Below, piece by piece: positions 1-15,900 of a DNA stretch of 64,000 nt. The position numbers and the translations under genes are program-made. Source of the stretch: the human T2T-CHM13v2.0 reference genome, Homo sapiens. The stretch lies in assembly GCF_009914755.1 (NCBI RefSeq), contig NC_060926.1; one strand, written 5' to 3'. The notes below the pieces were generated by a model. That model saw only the letters and a program-made list of their open reading frames with translations. It was not told the DNA's origin and did not search any database. Within the stretch, counting starts at the first letter, position 1; the number at the start of each line of letters is the position of its first letter.

Positions 1-11
1 AGGTAGATATT

Positions 12-301
12 ACAGACCCACACTCCCTTTTTGGAAACTCTTACGGGCAAGATAGGTTTCAGAATGCAGAATTTTTCCAATTTTAGAGTGGAAACAGGAT
101 GCATATATTGTATGTTACCCAAGCCCCGCAGCAGAGTGTGGGGCAGCACTTCAGCCACACATAATAGATGGGGATTGAAACATATGGTATTTGTAGTCAC
201 TGGGATAAATAAAGAGAATAAATAGCCTCTCACTTGATCCTGTGAGGTTTTTCCTGCAGACTCTTAGTTTCCAAACTCTTTAGATTTCAAAATCATGAAA
301 C
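12..301. mobile_element. TcMar-Tigger MITE, MER46C-like (degraded)
   Basis: Resembles recalled MER46C consensus (TTTCAGAATGCAGAATTTTT ... GGGGCAGCAC ... GGGATAAATAAAGA-ATAAATAGCCTC), preceded by TA. Confidence 0.6.
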
Positions 302-821
302 TGTGCCCCAAAGCATTAAAGAAACTGATGACTAACAGAAATTCTGAAGCTTCTTTTATAGGGAAGTAGATAGGAAAATATCTTGTTGAAGTCCCTTTCA
401 CTTACAAAGCAACAAAGTTGGCTGAAACCAGTTGTGTACAATATGGCTGACTGGAGTCTGTGCAGAATGAGCCTTTTGATGTCATAGGCCAAATTCCCAC
501 CACATTTCACAGTAACCCCTCCCCAAATTTACACATGTGACCCATGAAGAGACATGATGAGATAACTGTGCATGCCCAGGAGACTTTCCAAACTTCCCCT
601 TTTCCTTCACCAATCACTAACCAACCCCAAAACCCTTCCCCAAGCATCCCTCCCTTAAATATACAGCTTTATAGCCAGTATGGGGAGACAGATTTGAGTC
701 TGTCTCCTGTCTTCTTGCTCAGTTGCCTTGCAATACATCTTTCTGTCTGCAAAAATCCAGTGCTTCGGTGTCTGGCTTTCTGATGCATGCAGGCAAATGG
801 ACCCAGTTAGTTCTGGTAACA
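302..821 (+). mobile_element. ERV1 solo LTR, MER67-like
   Basis: TG...CA termini (ends GGTAACA); MER67-type motifs AAAGAAACTGATGACTAACAGAAATTCT, ATGGCTGACTGGAGTCTGTGCAGAA, GGGAGACAGATTTGAG. Confidence 0.7.
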
Positions 822-844
822 ATCGCAGGTGAGGAATTAAAAGA

Positions 845-985
845 TAGTGATATTCCCATTTTGCAGATTATAAAATGGAGATACAGAGAGGTTATGTAAA
901 CCAAAGTCATGATCACAGTTAGAACAGGAATTGAGATTTGAGTCCAGTCAAGCCAGTTCCACAGCTCTCAGTCCTTAAGCTATGA
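845..985 (-). mobile_element. MIR SINE fragment
   Basis: Reverse MIR core ATTCCCATTTTGCAGAT...AGAGAGGTTA. Confidence 0.6.
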
Positions 986-1475
986 TTTCACACAAAACAA
1001 AACAAAAATCAAAAAGAAAACAGCTAAATTAACATTTATAAATGTTTTATTAAATGTCTACAAAACATATCGTTATGTTAACCTCATTAATTATTAAATT
1101 CAATATGCATGAAAATTTTAATATATTTGAAAGCAATTTGTAGATTTTTTCACTTTGCAATAATCCCCTAACAGATACCATGATTTCTGAGTCACCTGAA
1201 GATAAATAATCTCAAAAGTAGAATTATAAAAATATTTTAATATTTTAGAGCCAAAAATTACATTTAATAAAGATGAGGGTGCATTTTAATATTTCGGATA
1301 CAGTATATGTTAGGAATCCCAAAAATAATTATACCTAAAATCTGTAAACTTCTTAAGACTTCTTTTGGAAAAAGTGGGACAGAAAAAATATTATCTTTTA
1401 TTATGAACTCTTTATTCTCTTTCATTTTGAAACTGTATATTACATTGATTTTTTTAAACATGACAAAACCCTACA

Positions 1476-1838
1476 GCAGAGAGCATAATTGTGGTTGCCA
1501 GAGGCCAGTTTGCAGGAAATGGGGAGATGTTGGTTCAAGGGTATAAAGCTTCGGCTATGCAGGGTGAATGAATTCTGGAGACCTAAGGTACAGCATGAAG
1601 CTATAGTTACCAATACTGTTTTGTATACTCCAAATTTGCTAAGAGGATAGATCTTAAGTGTTCTCACTTAACAAACAATGAAACCAAATAGTAACTATGT
1701 GAGACGATGGATGTGTTAATTAGCCTGATTGTGGTCATCACTTCACAATGTATATGTCTCAAAACATCACATTGAACACTTTAAATTTCTACAATATTTA
1801 TTTGTCAATTATGCTTCAATAAAGCCGGTGGGGAAAGG
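1476..1838 (+). mobile_element. L1 3' UTR, L1MA9/10-like
   Basis: GTGGTTGCCAGAGG ... AAATTTGCTAAGAG.ATAGATCTTAAGTGTTCTCAC ... TTTGTCAATTATGCTTCAATAAAGC. Confidence 0.75.
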
Positions 1839-1864
1839 ATATTAAAGGAATTACAAACTTTAAA

Positions 1865-3683
<1,819 letters not shown>

Positions 3684-4116
3684 TATGAGAAAAACCTAGC
3701 CTTCATATATTCCATGATGACTCAGAATTACAACTCTGTTAATTAGCATAAATATTTTATGTTCTATTTTGATAAAATATGTATTAACTGCCTTATTGAA
3801 TAACACACTGAATCTGAATGAAATCACGCAACAGCTGATCTGTGCTGTCTGTGGGAAAAAAAATGATTTAGGAATTTTTGTTTCTTTCTGGAAACATCCT
3901 GGTCACAGCAGTAACGGTAAGCTTCAGGTTTGTGTGGTCACTCATTTGTCTTTCTAATCAGCCTTAACTCCGGGCCTACAGCAGGTGGAATGTGTCATAG
4001 TTTTAGAAGATAAACTGACACGTCACTAGTAAATTAACTCTATAAATACTGGGAAAATTAACTCTTGTTGCCTGACAACATATTGTCTGGTTTCAAAGTG
4101 GAACTTGTCTATTCCT

Positions 4117-4465
4117 TACTATGCAGCCATAAAAAAGGATGCGTTCATATTCTTTGCAGGGACATGGATGAAGCTGGAAACCATCATTCTCAGCAAACTA
4201 TCACAAGGACAGAAAACCAAACACTGCCTGTTCTCACGCATAGGTGTGAGTTGAACAATGAGAACACATGGACACAGGGCGGGGAACATCACACACTGGG
4301 GCCTGTCGTGGGGTTGGGGGATGGAGGAGGGATAGCATTAGGAGAAATACCTAATGTAAATGACAAGTTATGGGTGCAGCAAACCAACATGGCACACGTA
4401 TACATATGTAACAAACCTGCACGTTGTGCACATGTACCCTAGAACTTAAAGTATAAAAAAAAAAA
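4117..4465 (+). mobile_element. 5'-truncated primate L1PA (L1PA4-7-like) 3' end with TSD
   Basis: L1PA 3' UTR ending CACATGTACCCTAGAACTTAAAGTATAAAAA; TSD GAACTTG(T/A)CTATTCCT at 4101-4116 and 4466-4481. Confidence 0.92.
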
Positions 4466-4739
4466 GAACTTGACTATTCCTATCGTGGTACGAATGGAGC
4501 AAAGTTAATGTGTCCAATTTGTTCTAAATAATTTGAAGTCCACACACAAAAACAATTTCATGGATGACAATATAGAAGCCACCTAAGGGTGTATGCATGA
4601 CAGAAATTTAGGGGGCTTCCTTGGCACCTGCCTCTCACATTCAATCCACCTGAAGATCCATGTGGCCCTCCCCACCTCTGGTCACATCAAGCCCCTGCCT
4701 CAAACCTTGTGCCTTTGCATTGTGTCGGGAATAAACTAA

Positions 4740-5643
<904 letters not shown>

Positions 5644-5659
5644 CCAATGCATTTCTAAT

Positions 5660-6109
5660 AAAATATTACTGTTTCCATTTATTTTAAAATTTATACCAAA
5701 ATCTATGATATATTTGTACTGGTCCAAATAATTGCATCCTCGCAGTCATTATGACAAGTGAAAATAAAATTTAATGTTCATATATTGTTTTTGCAGAGAA
5801 TCATGATAGAAAGACTCTCTGCATAAAATGTATTTCATTAGGATACAATTCTTTGGGGCAAATGGATTGGAAATGTGAGGCCAAAGGGAAAGACATTACA
5901 TTTGTGAGTGTTAATTAACAGTTTGTTAGTGTGCTTTTGTAAAGGATGAAAGTAGGTATCAAATCTCAGTGTGTTTAGATTCCACTGGTACATTTAAGAC
6001 GGTGATGCTACAGCTTTACAAATGCTGGAGATGGAATCCTTTGCAACTATTCAACAAGATGAGAAATGAGGGGAGACATGGAAGAGCAAAAGAGTATCAG
6101 AGACCCCTG
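5660..6109. mobile_element. hAT-Charlie DNA transposon terminal fragment (Charlie2-like)
   Basis: Resembles recalled Charlie terminus (TTTTTGCAGAGAA ... CATTAGGATA.AATTCT ... GGTATCAAATC ... TTTAGATTCCA ... CCTTTGCAACTATT), ending GAGACCCCTG. Confidence 0.55.
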
Positions 6110-6665
6110 GGCTGTGAGGTGGCTTTTAGGGGTTGGCTTTCAGCTTTATCTGAGCTCTCTGCCAGTGGGAACCCCTCCACCCAGGGCAGCTGTGCCCCCA
6201 GCTCAGCAGGGCTACCCTCTGCCCAAATCTGCTTGGGCGGAACATCCCTGATTGGCTCAGCGCCAGCCCCAGCACCCCCGCTCTCCCAACCTCCGAGTCC
6301 CTCCGTGTGGCACTGCGGGAAGTCTGGGTCCCTTCCACCTCCTCCAACCCCATAGCATACTGCCCGTGGAGCCCACAGGGCCGGTGGCACCTCCCCTTGT
6401 GCGACGTGGCTGCCCATGCTGTCTTTCCGGGCACAACACAACAACCCTGGGACACACATCAAGCTTTTGAGAGCCTTCCCCATACGGCCCGCAGCAGCTC
6501 CCTAGGCCTCAGGCTCAGCCTCTGTCAACACCCTGTGCAGAAATCAAGGGGACAGGGCCCCAGTCTTTCCCAGAGAGCTCCTAGAAGCCCACCTCCAGCA
6601 AAAGACCAGGGCAGGTCTCTCATGACAAGCCCACACTCCCAAGAGGCCCTAGAATGTGCACTTTC

Positions 6666-7056
6666 TGTGTGGGTGTGTGTGTAGTGTATGTGTGTATGCT
6701 TTGTATGTGTGTGTGTTTATGTGTTTGGTATGTGTTTTATACGTGCTTTTTGTATGTATATTTTGTGTGTGTGTGTTTATGTGGGTTTGTATCACTCGTA
6801 TGTGTGTGTTGACTGTGTTTATGTTTTGTATGTGTTTTTAATGTGCGTATGTGTATGTTTGGCATGTGCATGTTGTGTGTGTATATTTTATGTTGCGTAT
6901 TGTTTCTGTATGTTTTGTACACACGTTTAATGTGCGTATGGTTTTGTGTGTGTGTTCATGTGTTGTGTATGTGTGTGTATGTTTTGCATGTGTGTATGAG
7001 TGTGTGGGTGTGTGTCTTGTGTGTTTATGAATGTGTGTTTGTGTGTGCGTGTGTGT
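6666..7056. repeat. Degenerate (TG)n/(TATG)n low-complexity tract
   Basis: About 390 bp almost entirely T/G/A with GTGT periodicity. Confidence 0.95.
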
Positions 7057-7238
7057 TGAGAAGAATTGGGGCATTCTGCCTCCTATCCTGCTCTCAGCTC
7101 TAAGCCCTAACTTCTAACTCCGACACCAGGCAGCTCACATTCCTTACACCTTCATTCTCTTCATCACGTTTGTCAATTGTGTGTGTAATTTATTTATATA
7201 TCAATTTGTTTAATGTACTTCCTCCAGTTGCTCCAGCA

Positions 7239-7468
7239 ATGGATGGAAGAGTGGGTGAATGGTTGGGTGGATGGATGGATGGATGGATGGTTGGGTGGAT
7301 GGGGGGTGGGTGGATGGGTGGATGGGTAGATGGTTGGATGGATGGACAAATGGATAGACGGACAAATGAACGTATGGACAGGTGGGCAGGTGGATGGATG
7401 GGTGGGTGGATGGGAGGATGGATGGATGGATGGATGGATGGATGAATAGATGAATGGGTTGATGGATG
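7239..7468. repeat. (TGGA)n/(TGGG)n tetranucleotide repeat
   Basis: Repeated GGAT/GGGT units. Confidence 0.95.
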
Positions 7469-8561
7469 AAACCTGCATATGTCTTTGTATATAGATGCCA
7501 CATGCTTTTGTACCTTTTATTTATTTATTAAACCAGTCATTGGTGAGGAGATAAATTTTAATATCATTCCCACCACTTAACAAGTATTAAACACCACTCA
7601 TTCTAGACTACTTTTATGACATCGAAAGTAATGAGTTTCACTTCAATGTCTCTGATTTAGAAAAATGTGGAAGAAATGAAAAAGAGCCAGTTATCATTCT
7701 AATTTTTGAGAATTTTTAAATGATATGCCAAAATTAACACATGGCAGTAAATGAGAATTTGTGTGTTTTTCTATAAGGCTTTAAATTTTCTGCACTTGTC
7801 TTTTTCACTATGTGTCTCCAAAGAAATTCAGACCCATTCTTCTCACCATGCTTCTCAGCCATAGGCCTAACGACACACACCTGTCTAGATGATACCAAAC
7901 ATTTCTTGTGGGATGCGGATAAATATTGAGCAACTGTGAACTGTTGGCACAGGACCCTGGTGCTGGAAGCCCAGAGTGCCCCTGCTGTGATCTTCATGGC
8001 TAGGACCATCAGCAAGGCTTATTGTGAGCAGTCCCCAAATCTGTGTGTAAGAGAAAAATGAGTATGGACTTCTTTGGAAAGATTCTTTTCTTTCTCTCTA
8101 TAAGATAACGGTACAATACCAATGAGGGTAAGTTGGCCTGTTCAAGAGGACTACGTATAAAAGATGTAAAATAATCTATTGCATATTTCATTTGTTTTAT
8201 GTCCCCCAAAACTAGCATAAAGGACAGATATCAAGCAGGCCACTTTTGTCATGGAACTTGTACACATATTGTATCATACCTGATGGAGATTTACATGCTA
8301 AAACAATTATGGCTTTAATAAAAAGAAAGAAAAATGACTAACCCTTGAGCCACACTCTGGATTCAATTTTGCTTGTAGCAAAATAGACTTAAAAGATGTG
8401 ACTGCCATTCTGAAATAGGGAAGTCAACAATGTTGTTGACTTTCACTCAGAAGTAAATGAATTTACACTGGTGTCCCAGATCTGATTTCCTATGGAACCA
8501 GGTGTCCTTCTAATCTAAAAAGAGAGCTGCAGCCTCTGTGTCTCTCTGCAGAATTCATCTC

Positions 8562-8952
8562 TGCATTCAGTTTGGCAGTGTTAACTGAGAGTCTACTCTG
8601 TGTCTGGTAGATGTTTGCAATGTCAGTGCAGACAGAAAATCCTTACCATTCATGGAGCCTTCCTTTTAGTCGGGGAGGGAGGACGAATGACAATAATGAC
8701 CATAACAAATAAAAATGCACTTGAGGTCTTATGTTAGAAGGTGATAAATGTTAGGAGAACCTTTTTTCAAAAGTAGGCCAGAGAGATTAGACATGGGGGA
8801 CAGATGTGGATTATAATTATTTAAAAATGGTTAGGAGGGACCTCAAGGTGACATCATCTGAGCGGCAGCTTGCATGAGGTGAGCCAGCTTGCATGGTTAT
8901 CAGAGGGAAGAATGTTCCAGGCAGAGGGAACGGCCAGTGCAAAGGCCCTAAA
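8562..8952 (-). mobile_element. L2 3' region fragment
   Basis: GGGAAGAATGTTCCAGGCAGAGGGAACGGCCAGTGCAAAGGCCCT is a characteristic L2a motif; CATGGAGCCTTCCTTTTAGT. Confidence 0.7.
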
Positions 8953-11900
8953 ACTGAAGGCAAGGGCAACCCCAGATGAAGATCAGAGACAGGGTGTTAG
9001 AATCAGTGGATTGCAGACCCTGGTGAGGTCAAAGGGTTTCTGGAATGTTTGAGGCACTAGAGGGAAAAAGCAGGAGAGACAGGAGGAAGTTCATGAGCCT
9101 GACCTCTGCGTGGAAAAAAATGCCAACCTTGGTCAGGATGCAACTATGTTCTGTCCACCTCCTCTGCTTCAGCAGTGAGAAGTCAGGATGTGGAGTTCTG
9201 CTTAGTTTGCATTACTGACTGCTTATGCGGAACCCGTAAGGATGACCTATGCATCACCTCTTCCCTTTGGGAGAGAACAGCAAGTCTCTGCAGCCCAACG
9301 TACCGGACACTGCCTGTGGCTGAGCACCTCAGGGAAGGCCTGCTGGCTCTGAGCACCAGCTCACTTTGGTGCAAGAACACTGAGCTTCGCCCACAAAAAC
9401 AAGCAGGTGTGTTCAACCATGATCAGTCCTTGGAGGCTTGAAGTCTTGGAATTCCCCTCAGCTTTCTCTACTTGCTGCTGACCAAAACAAAACAAAATGA
9501 AGCCTCAGTGTGAGCAGCCAAAGAGTGAAACTAACATCCATTTTATTTATCAGGAAACCTTCTGAATAAATGCATGACTTTCTGGAGTATGTTTTACTGG
9601 TACTTCCAGATCCTGGGTGTGGAAATGATACATTGTAATCACTACTTGTTTTCAAATAAGTCTTTCACTAAAAATGTGATGGGCCCTGCTCCATGCCAAA
9701 AAAAAAAAAGTTACTTGCAATTATTACAAATTATTGCAACAAACCATGCTTTTCAAAATAATTTAATCAGGGCATATTTTGAAGACTTGGTCTTGGCTGT
9801 TCGTTTGAAATCATGAAATGAGGCTGCTCTGTTGGACTTGGGAACCCCTCAAATTAAGATTCTGCGGTTAATAGCATAGCCTCTCAGCATGTCCCCTGCT
9901 GTCGGTTTTGTAAGTTTCAGATGTCCTTTAAATTGCTCTACCAGACTGACAAAACATCATTCCTGGAGAATATTTGCCTTCGTATGCTCAGAAAAGATAG
10001 AGCTAGGGAGATCTGAATTTCAAGTATTTTTTTTTAAACCAGATGCTGCAGATTTAGGGGCAATTTTTATTCTTATTTTAAATTCTCTGAGCTTTGGACC
10101 TTTCACTGCTTGAAAACGTGCTTCGTGTTTTAACACCGTTTTAGGAGACATTTTCAAATGTCTTGATTTGGTCTCTATTTTAGGTTCTGATATTCCAATA
10201 TCAAGAGTTTTGTGCCCATTTTTCATGTTAAGTTGTCCCTCTCGTCTTTTGGCATTTGCTCCTGGAGAACAGAAAATTTAAGTTTACGAGTCATCATATC
10301 AGCTCCGAGATTGACATTTGGTCACACTAACCTTGGGAAGATTCCTGTGATAATAGAAGTGAAATGGCCTTTATCTTTTTGACAATCCCACTTGATTTTA
10401 TTTTATTTTATTTTATTTTTTTGGCCTTCAAAGTGGATGTCCAGACTTGAGAATGCTGAGTGAATTTTGACCTTCAAATTTTTAGATCAAATCAGTCCAA
10501 TACTTTTCCATCAACCGTGGAATTGTTAAAGTATAAAAGGTAATCCTTCTGGCTTATTGAGGCTAAAATGCCATCCATTAAAAATGACTATATATTTACA
10601 CATATATATAGCAACTGAAAACTATATATTAAGTATGAGTAGAAAAAAAGTTTTAGATTGAGAGTAGTTGCATATGAAAATTAGTCATCTATTTTCCATT
10701 TTTTTTTTTAATGAAAGGAAAGATTACTTGGTATATTAAGAAATCTATGAGTTCTTCCTGGGCAATTAGCTCAGAGAGAAAAATTGGTGCTTCATGGATG
10801 AGTAGAAGATAAAATTGTAGAGCATTATGGCCAGAAGAGATGATAAAATTATTTAGCCAAAGCCCCTTCTCCAACAGAGGGACAGAAGCGCAGCGGGGCA
10901 CAGGTAGTACTCTCATCCCAACGCCCTTCATCTGTGGACCCATCCATCCTGCCACCCTCAGACCCAGCATGGAATCCATCCAAACAGGACCAGCATTTGT
11001 GAAGAGGCCTCGCTCTGCCTTCATGCTCAAATTGGCTTGCAAATTTTGAGCCCTCTCAGGTCAAAGGCTCTCCGCCATGACCTGTCTTTCCCTGTTGCAA
11101 TGGCTCTCAAGTCTGCCAGAGCAACTGCACTGTTTGTACTTTACTGCTCGTTACTGGCTGCCCATGTGAGGCTTCTCCCCAGCACTTCCAAGGCCCACAT
11201 CAACATTCTTTCCAAACCACCATACTGCTGGGAAGAAGTAATACACAGACATGGAATAAACAGATCTTCAACCATCGAAGGCCATCTTTCCAAAGGCCAC
11301 TCTGGGCTCACCCTCTCCATCCCTGACTCAGGAATTCACAGGGAGACATCATGGCGGCTGCTGCCCCATGGCATGCTCGCTCCCTTGCACTCCAAGTTTC
11401 ACCAGTCTTGTACCTTGTAAAGCAGAAACATGTGGTTTTTTTCTCCCTAGAAATCAGAAATCCCATTTTGAACAAAACAGTTCCGAATATTCTATGTCAC
11501 TTGACATTGTCCCAAAGCAACTATCAGAGTATTTTCATTTCGCCCACACCCCTTACATCTGCTTTTCCAATTAGTTTTCACTTCTAATTTGCCTTCCCCA
11601 TTGAGTGCAGGTGCTCACACAACAGGTGCTGTCTAATATTGTGCTTGACAGAGCATCTCTTTTCACATGTTAGCCATGAATGTGGAGTTAGGCTTTGCAT
11701 CTAATTTTGCCTATGACATCCTTGGTAGTTGAACACAGCTGACTCACACTGGGAGGAAGATATTTTTTGGTTCCCATAGTTTCATCCCTCAAGGATTTCT
11801 AAAGTACATTCTCACCAAAAGATCTATCCTGGAGGACTCAGGTCTGAGAGCCATCCTAACAGCAGGTATTTCATGGCAGGCTCTCCTAGGCTTGGTAGGC

Positions 11901-12373
11901 ACGTCAAGGAGGTTTTGTTTAACTGCGTCTTTATGAAGATGTGGGCTGAGAGTCAACCTCTCTGCCCTCCCCATTGCGTTCTGTCATCCAATCTTGGTCA
12001 TAAGTAATACAGAAAGAAGGGGAGATTTGGCAATTAGCCAGCTGATTTGATTAATATAGACAGATTACTAAATGCAAATGGATTTTTTTAGACACTAAGC
12101 CACTCTACCTTGCTAGTCATGTACATCTATCAAATTAAGTGGAACAGTGCCAAGACTCTACTTTATGTTGTGCTGTGAAGGTACAGCCCAAGAAATGGAC
12201 CAGATCCTGGGTTACTTGAGGTCTGCAGCAAGGATCGGATGATGATTTCAATTCTGGATCCATACTTAAAATTAGGGCATCATTTTTGGGGTTTTGTTTT
12301 TTTATTTTTATTTTTTGCCCAAAACTTTCACACTGAGTCTTAGTTGTAAAATCCTCATACAAATGGAATTTTA

Positions 12374-12628
12374 TTATTTTGTTTTTGGGGTTTTTTTTTG
12401 AGGTAAAGTTTTACTCTGCCACCCAGGCTGGAGTGCAGTGGCATGATCTCGGCTAGAATCACAGGCGTGTGCCACCATGCCTGGCTAATTTTTGTACTTT
12501 TTTTTTTAAGTAGAGACGGGGTTTCTCCATGTTGGCCAGGCTGGTCTCGAACTCTTGACCTCAAGTGAACCACCTGCCTTGGCCTCCCAAAGTGCTGGGA
12601 TAACAGGTGTGAGGCACTGTGCTCCGCC
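12374..12628 (-). mobile_element. AluS with ~60 bp internal deletion
   Basis: Reverse Alu jumping from CTCGGCT directly to AGAATCACAGGCGTG; TSD ACAAATGGAATTTTA at 12359-12373 and 12629-12643. Confidence 0.92.
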
Positions 12629-12784
12629 ACAAATGGAATTTTAGAGAGTAGCCCAAGAGGTTAATGGAGCTGCTCTGATTAGCCACAGACAAAACTCTCC
12701 CTATCCCCACAACTCCCCGAAAAGTGTATTTTGAAATGCACTAATTTACACAAAATTTATCATTGACCAAATCCAGTCATACAG

Positions 12785-13230
12785 TCTGTGGGGGTCAGGA
12801 AAAACAAGAAGGAAAATAGATGGTGCACTCAAACAAGGATAATGGGAGGAGGTTTTATTTACAAAGGGACCTTTTTCGAAGGCATGGTGAAGGGTAGGGA
12901 GCCATGAGGGGTAAGCACGGGAATTCAGGCCAACAGCTGCAAGACTGCCATCCAGCTCCCACCTCCAGGCCTGGCGGGAGGAGGGGAGGGAGACATCGCA
13001 GAGCCTGGGAGGGGAGAGAGTCGTGCGGAGCAGGCCACTTTGAGAGGACCATCATGCCTTTTTGTTAATGTGGGGGGAACCAGGAAATAAATATCCCAAC
13101 CCCTTTCCTGCTCCTTCCTTCCAGTCCCCTGCTGGGCTCCTCATTGGCTAAAGCCAACCAGATGCCAGAAGGCATGGAACCCATTGATGCAAACCGGACA
13201 GATCAACTTTATGGGGAAGCCAGCAGAGTG
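12785..13230 (-). mobile_element. ERVL LTR33-like solo LTR
   Basis: AGATGGTGCACTCAAAC..GGATAAT; AGGAAATAAATATCCCAAC ... CTCATTGGCTAAAGCCAACCAGATGCCAGAAGGCA. Confidence 0.6.
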
Positions 13231-14117
13231 ACGTGGAGATGGAGCTGGGGAGCCCACTTGTCTTCACTCTGTCTAGTTCTTCCTTCCCAGTTGCGTGGCG
13301 TAGTCTCATGAAGATCTATTGGCTTTCAGCACTGAGTTATTTCAATGGCTTCACAAGAGGCCTTCCCACTTCCATCTTTCTATCACACCATTGTGGATGG
13401 TATGATAGTATGATGGTATGATTGTCTTCAAACATCATAGAAAGACAAGGTTGCAAGCTCCTTAAGATGTTCTAGTTTGTCTCACTTCTGATACTTGAAC
13501 CATGCTAGAACATCTCCATGTGTAATTGTAAAGCCAACACTTAAATCCCTCTTCACCCCAACAGAAGCCGTATCAGCATTGCAGAACTTGAGAGTTTGAT
13601 AGGTCCCCTGATGTTGAGCTAAAATCTACTTCTCAGAACTTCTCTGTATTGTTCTTAGTTACAGAGATGCAGAGAAAAGCCAATTCTCTCTTTCACACAA
13701 GAGCCATTTGCTCATACATCCTAATACCCAGATACCCAGATATCCAGCGACCACCTGCCTGGATATTCCTGCCTGCCCTTCTGAGGAGTAAATCCCAGTC
13801 ATCTCTCTGCATTCTGCAAACAGGCCAACTGATTGCTTATGGCTTTGAATTGATGTTATTGGCACACAGAAAGCCCACAACAGATATTGCTTAATGAATG
13901 AATATATCCTGTAAGTGATTTCTTCTCGGTGATACCCTCCTATTTCAATTATTTAGGAAGCTAAGTAATATGCAACTGCAGCCTGAGGCTCCTGCTGTTT
14001 TATTAAACACCGGGACTTGTTATCCTGTAGTGTTATTCCGAACTCCAGTGAATAAGCTTTTCTAAATATTTTTCAAGTCAAAGAATAGACTCTTAGAAAG
14101 ATTGAGGGGGTCTTAGC

Positions 14118-14439
14118 CAGACTGGGTGGCTTAAGCAACAGAAGTTTATTGTCTCACAGTTCTGGAAGCTAGAAGTCCGAGACCAAGATGGTGACAGAGT
14201 TGTTTTCTTCTGAGGCCCCCTGTGCCTTCACATGGTCTTCCCTCTGTGTCTTAATCTCCTCTTCTTATAAGGACACCAGTCACATTGGATTAGGACCCAT
14301 GCAAAAGACCATGTTGTAACTTAATTACCTCTTTAAAGACCTTAATTCAAACAAGTTTACATTCTAAGTTACTAGGAGTTCCCAGGGCTTCAACATATGA
14401 ATTTGGCATGGGAAAGGGAACACAATTCAGTCCCTAACA
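14118..14439 (-). mobile_element. MaLR LTR, MLT1B-like
   Basis: AGACTGGGTGGCTTAAGCAACAGAAGTTTATT ... CTTATAAGGACACCAGTCACATTGGATTAGG ... CACAATTCAGTCCCTAACA. Confidence 0.8.
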
Positions 14440-15484
14440 GAGGGTCACCTAACCTGGTCATTGCTCTAGTGCCCTTGCAGGAATGCCTTCCAAAATATCA
14501 GTCATAAAAGTAGCTGCCAGACATCTGCTTGGGTCCTTAAAAAGATGAGGAGTTCACCATTTCATAAGACAGCCCTTTCCTTTGCTGGGCAACTTTGAGT
14601 GTTGGAGTTTTTGCACATGTTGATCGAAAACAAGGATCTGTATAATATTCCCTTTTAGTTTGGTTCTTACTCCAAGAAGAGCATTGGGAGTTCTTCCCTC
14701 TCTTCTACATGTTAGCTCTTCCTTTATGAATAGACTTCACCAGCCCATTTCAGGCAAAAGAAGATGCCTTGATTGGATCCCCAACCGCAGGCACTCAGTT
14801 CTGATAATCTGATTCCCCAATTCATAGATGCTCATTACTGAAAAGCCTACAGAGGAGTTTTTCTCATTCAAAAGTGGAGAGACACATTGCTGGACCAGAA
14901 TTCTCCTCCCAACACTGCATTTTCCCAGGGTGGCTTCAGTTGGAAAAGACCCCCCTCCCACACATCCCTTAAGGAACCATCCATTCCTGAGTCCCACGCA
15001 GGAATCCAGAATCGACATGCCCCTGTGTGTTCGCCAACATTTTCCTAGTGCTTTCATGTTGATGAGAGTTGAATCAATCCCATAAACCTTGGTTAATTCC
15101 CTTAGCGACTGGAAGAATAATTAACAGACAGGGCTTTGTTCTTCAGAATAGAGTATCTGCAGCAAGCTCAAACTGCACAGGCAGGCCAAGGTCACGGCAG
15201 CTGCCAGCAGATCGCCCACACTCCCAGCCATCATTATCAGCCCTGGGGAGAGCCTCTGACCTGGCAGAGCAGCGCCAAGGCTGGCGTGCATGCAGGAAAT
15301 CTCCTGCTTCCTCCTGGCCTTAACCAACCTACATACCAATATTTTCCCTCACTTACATTAATTTTAATATCATGACAGTTTAAACATGTTAAAAGCATGG
15401 CTCTAATCACAATCCCACTCAAAAGCCTCCAGCGGTTTACCATTGCCTATTGAATTTAGGCAAAACTTCCAACCGTGCCTTTAG

Positions 15485-15900
15485 TGTTGTGCTGGTTATA
15501 ATCCATTTGCCTCCCTCCACCCCACCCCATACTCATCCCAGGGCTCTAGGAGGCTGATCTCTGAGGGCAGAATTGCCTGGGCTTTCTCCCCTGTGGCTTC
15601 TGGTTGGGCTCAACCAACTGGAAGAAGCAACAAGAGATTGATGGACAAGAAGAGAAAGAGGTGGCGTTTGTCTTGCCCACAACTTCCCTGCTCAGTGCTA
15701 CTGAGCAGTGACTGGATCCCCTCAAGAGCACAGCCCTGCTGGCTGGCCCCTCCTCCAGGGTTCTGCCCCTTCCTTCCCCAGATCTAGGGGTGAGGGGCTG
15801 CTCCCTATTGACACTGTCCCGATGCCTTATTATCTCTTGAGTCCCTTAATGCTGACCACAACCTCTGAATCACCAGTCTCTTGACCTGACTTTTCCTTCT
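15485..15900 (+). mobile_element. ERVL LTR33-like solo LTR
   Basis: GGAGGCTGATCTCT ... TGGCTTCTGGTTGGGCTCAACCAA ... GTCCCTTAA. Confidence 0.55.

Noticed and set aside
6656-7503. Cys/Val-, His/Thr- and Trp/Met/Gly-rich ORFs
   Set aside because: Translations of simple repeats.
12785-15900. Two LTR33-like elements as a proviral pair
   Set aside because: Opposite orientations and no gag/pol remnants between them.
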